A DNA stretch of 62,231 nt, the filler included, from Rhabdomonas costata (lineage: Eukaryota): assembly GCA_019059605.1 (NCBI GenBank). It is 33 parts of 33 records of this genome, joined end to end, with 100 filler letters (N's around TTAATTAATTAA, not from the genome) between each part and the next. Parts side by side here need not be neighbours in the genome. Positions count along the whole stretch, not along the records: positions 60,445 to 62,231 come from JAHMHO010009044.1; 32 more parts are not named here. One strand, 5' to 3'. The position numbers and the translations under genes are program-made. Below, piece by piece: positions 61,152 through 62,231 of the stretch (positions within the stretch are counted from its first letter, which is position 1; every line of letters begins with the position of its first letter). The notes below the pieces were generated by a model that had not been told where the DNA came from, ran no database searches, and saw only the letters and a list, made by a program, of their open reading frames with translations.

Positions 61152-61700
61152 CTTCAGCCCCATAGCTGGCGTGCTGAGAAGGAGCTTCTTGTGGGACAGA
61201 GTTTTCGCCTCGTTGCGGCGCTCAAGGTCCGCCAGGACCTCGTCGATGCCCTTGTCCGCAGGCGGAGACGGAGGCCGGTTGGCCACCGCAACAACCTGTT
61301 GCGTGTGGGGACACGGAGACGCATAACAACACGGGCATTATGCAACGGTCGATGAAAATGAATTTCTGCAACATCTCCCAAACGAAAACCCGATCCATCC
61401 CGTGGAAGAAGCCAATATGTAAATAAGTAAATAGCTAGGCGTTATGTAGAAATGACAAAAAGCGAGGCTCGACTGCAGTGGCATCGGACAAAAAGCTGCT
61501 GTTACTTTTGGTATGCTAACTTCAAAAGCTACTCTCTAAGGCGACACGCAAGCACTCACACCATGTTCTTTTCGTAGCTGTAGAAGTACGGGGCGGGGTT
61601 TTTCACGGTGCCCTTCCAGATGCGGTCCTCGTTGTACAGGTGGATCTGCTTCTGGTCAGAGTCGATTTCTGCACTGAGGTCGCGGCGCTCCCGTCCCTTT
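61152..61700 (-). CDS. Two exons (61700-61562, 61295-61152) of a hypothetical protein; first exon appears to need a frameshift
   Basis: GT-AG bounded GC3-rich blocks: ...QIHLYNEDRIWKGTV then, in another frame, ENPAPYFYSYEKNM/VVAVANRPPSPPADKGIDEVLADLERRNE. Confidence 0.45.
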
Positions 61701-62231
61701 CTGAGTACCCAACAATTTCACGGGAGCATACCAAGTAATCCGCACACTTCCGTTTCGCGGAGAGTGCTCCAGGTAATTACGGTTTGTGGAAAAAACATCT
61801 CAAAAAAGTGAGATAATCGGTCAAAGACGTGCGCCAGCGTGTGTTGAAACTCGAGAACAATCACACACCTCGGAAATTTTAGGGATTATTGGGAGGGAGG
61901 TCCATCGTGCCACGCTGAAAAAGGGCACTGCAAAAACCGGGAATAAAAAGCCTTAAGCAAATCGAGCAAACGCGAAGAAAGGGAATGCAAGAAGACAGTA
62001 AAGAGCGGCAGGAACAAGCACACACCTCGTTGGAGAGTCGGGTGAAACCACCACGGCCTTACCCGACACACCATTGTTCGTGGCGCGTCCTGAAGCACAT
62101 ACCATTGGAGCCCTCCCGTTACACCAAGCTCGTGTTCAACGCAACTGCCCCCCCCCGCATCTATATTCTGCGAGAAAACCCAAGGCAGACTGACGAACGA
62201 GGAGGTGCTCGCTTCCAACCCAAACACAAAA

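Noticed and set aside
1..62231. Operon-like or defence-island system formed by neighbouring genes (NACHT, ankyrin, RT, cyclase)
   Set aside because: Each lies on a different contig ordered only by length, so co-occurrence in the window carries no information.
1..62231. Spliced-leader RNA gene, 5S or other rRNA, snRNAs
   Set aside because: No match to the euglenid, diplonemid or kinetoplastid SL sequences or rRNA motifs that I could recognise by eye. A covariance-model search was not run.

Overview
This window is not one locus. It is about 33 unrelated contigs of ~1.79 kb joined by a 100-nt artificial linker (44 N + TTAATTAATTAA + 44 N). Most contigs start with G/T-only and end with C/A-only tails, typical of degenerate-primer whole-genome amplification. 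The DNA is from an intron-rich eukaryote, with short GC3-rich exons and mostly GT-AG introns. The aspartyl-tRNA synthetase carries an insertion I recognise from trypanosomatid AspRS, which points to Euglenozoa (a euglenid or diplonemid, given the many cis-introns). Recognisable gene fragments: POLD4/p12, class 3 lipase, ABCG/PDR transporter, PC-esterase/TBL-like protein, NACHT-pentapeptide protein, FEN1-like H3TH exon, AspRS, GCFC/PAXBP1-like protein, IPT/TIG protein, DUF866/CZIB, duplicated ankyrin exons, PMCA-type Ca-ATPase and a class III cyclase-type C-terminus. Non-gene signals: a decayed Penelope-like reverse transcriptase with an adjacent tRNA-like element, an intronless Cys-rich decayed segment of possible viral or mobile origin, two MITE-like elements, a diverged inverted duplication, and several GT-AG introns with G-rich 3' ends that can pair with their 5' ends. 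No rRNA, CRISPR array or multi-gene novel system can be supported. Gene neighbourhood across linkers is meaningless. All family assignments are from motif recognition, not database searches.
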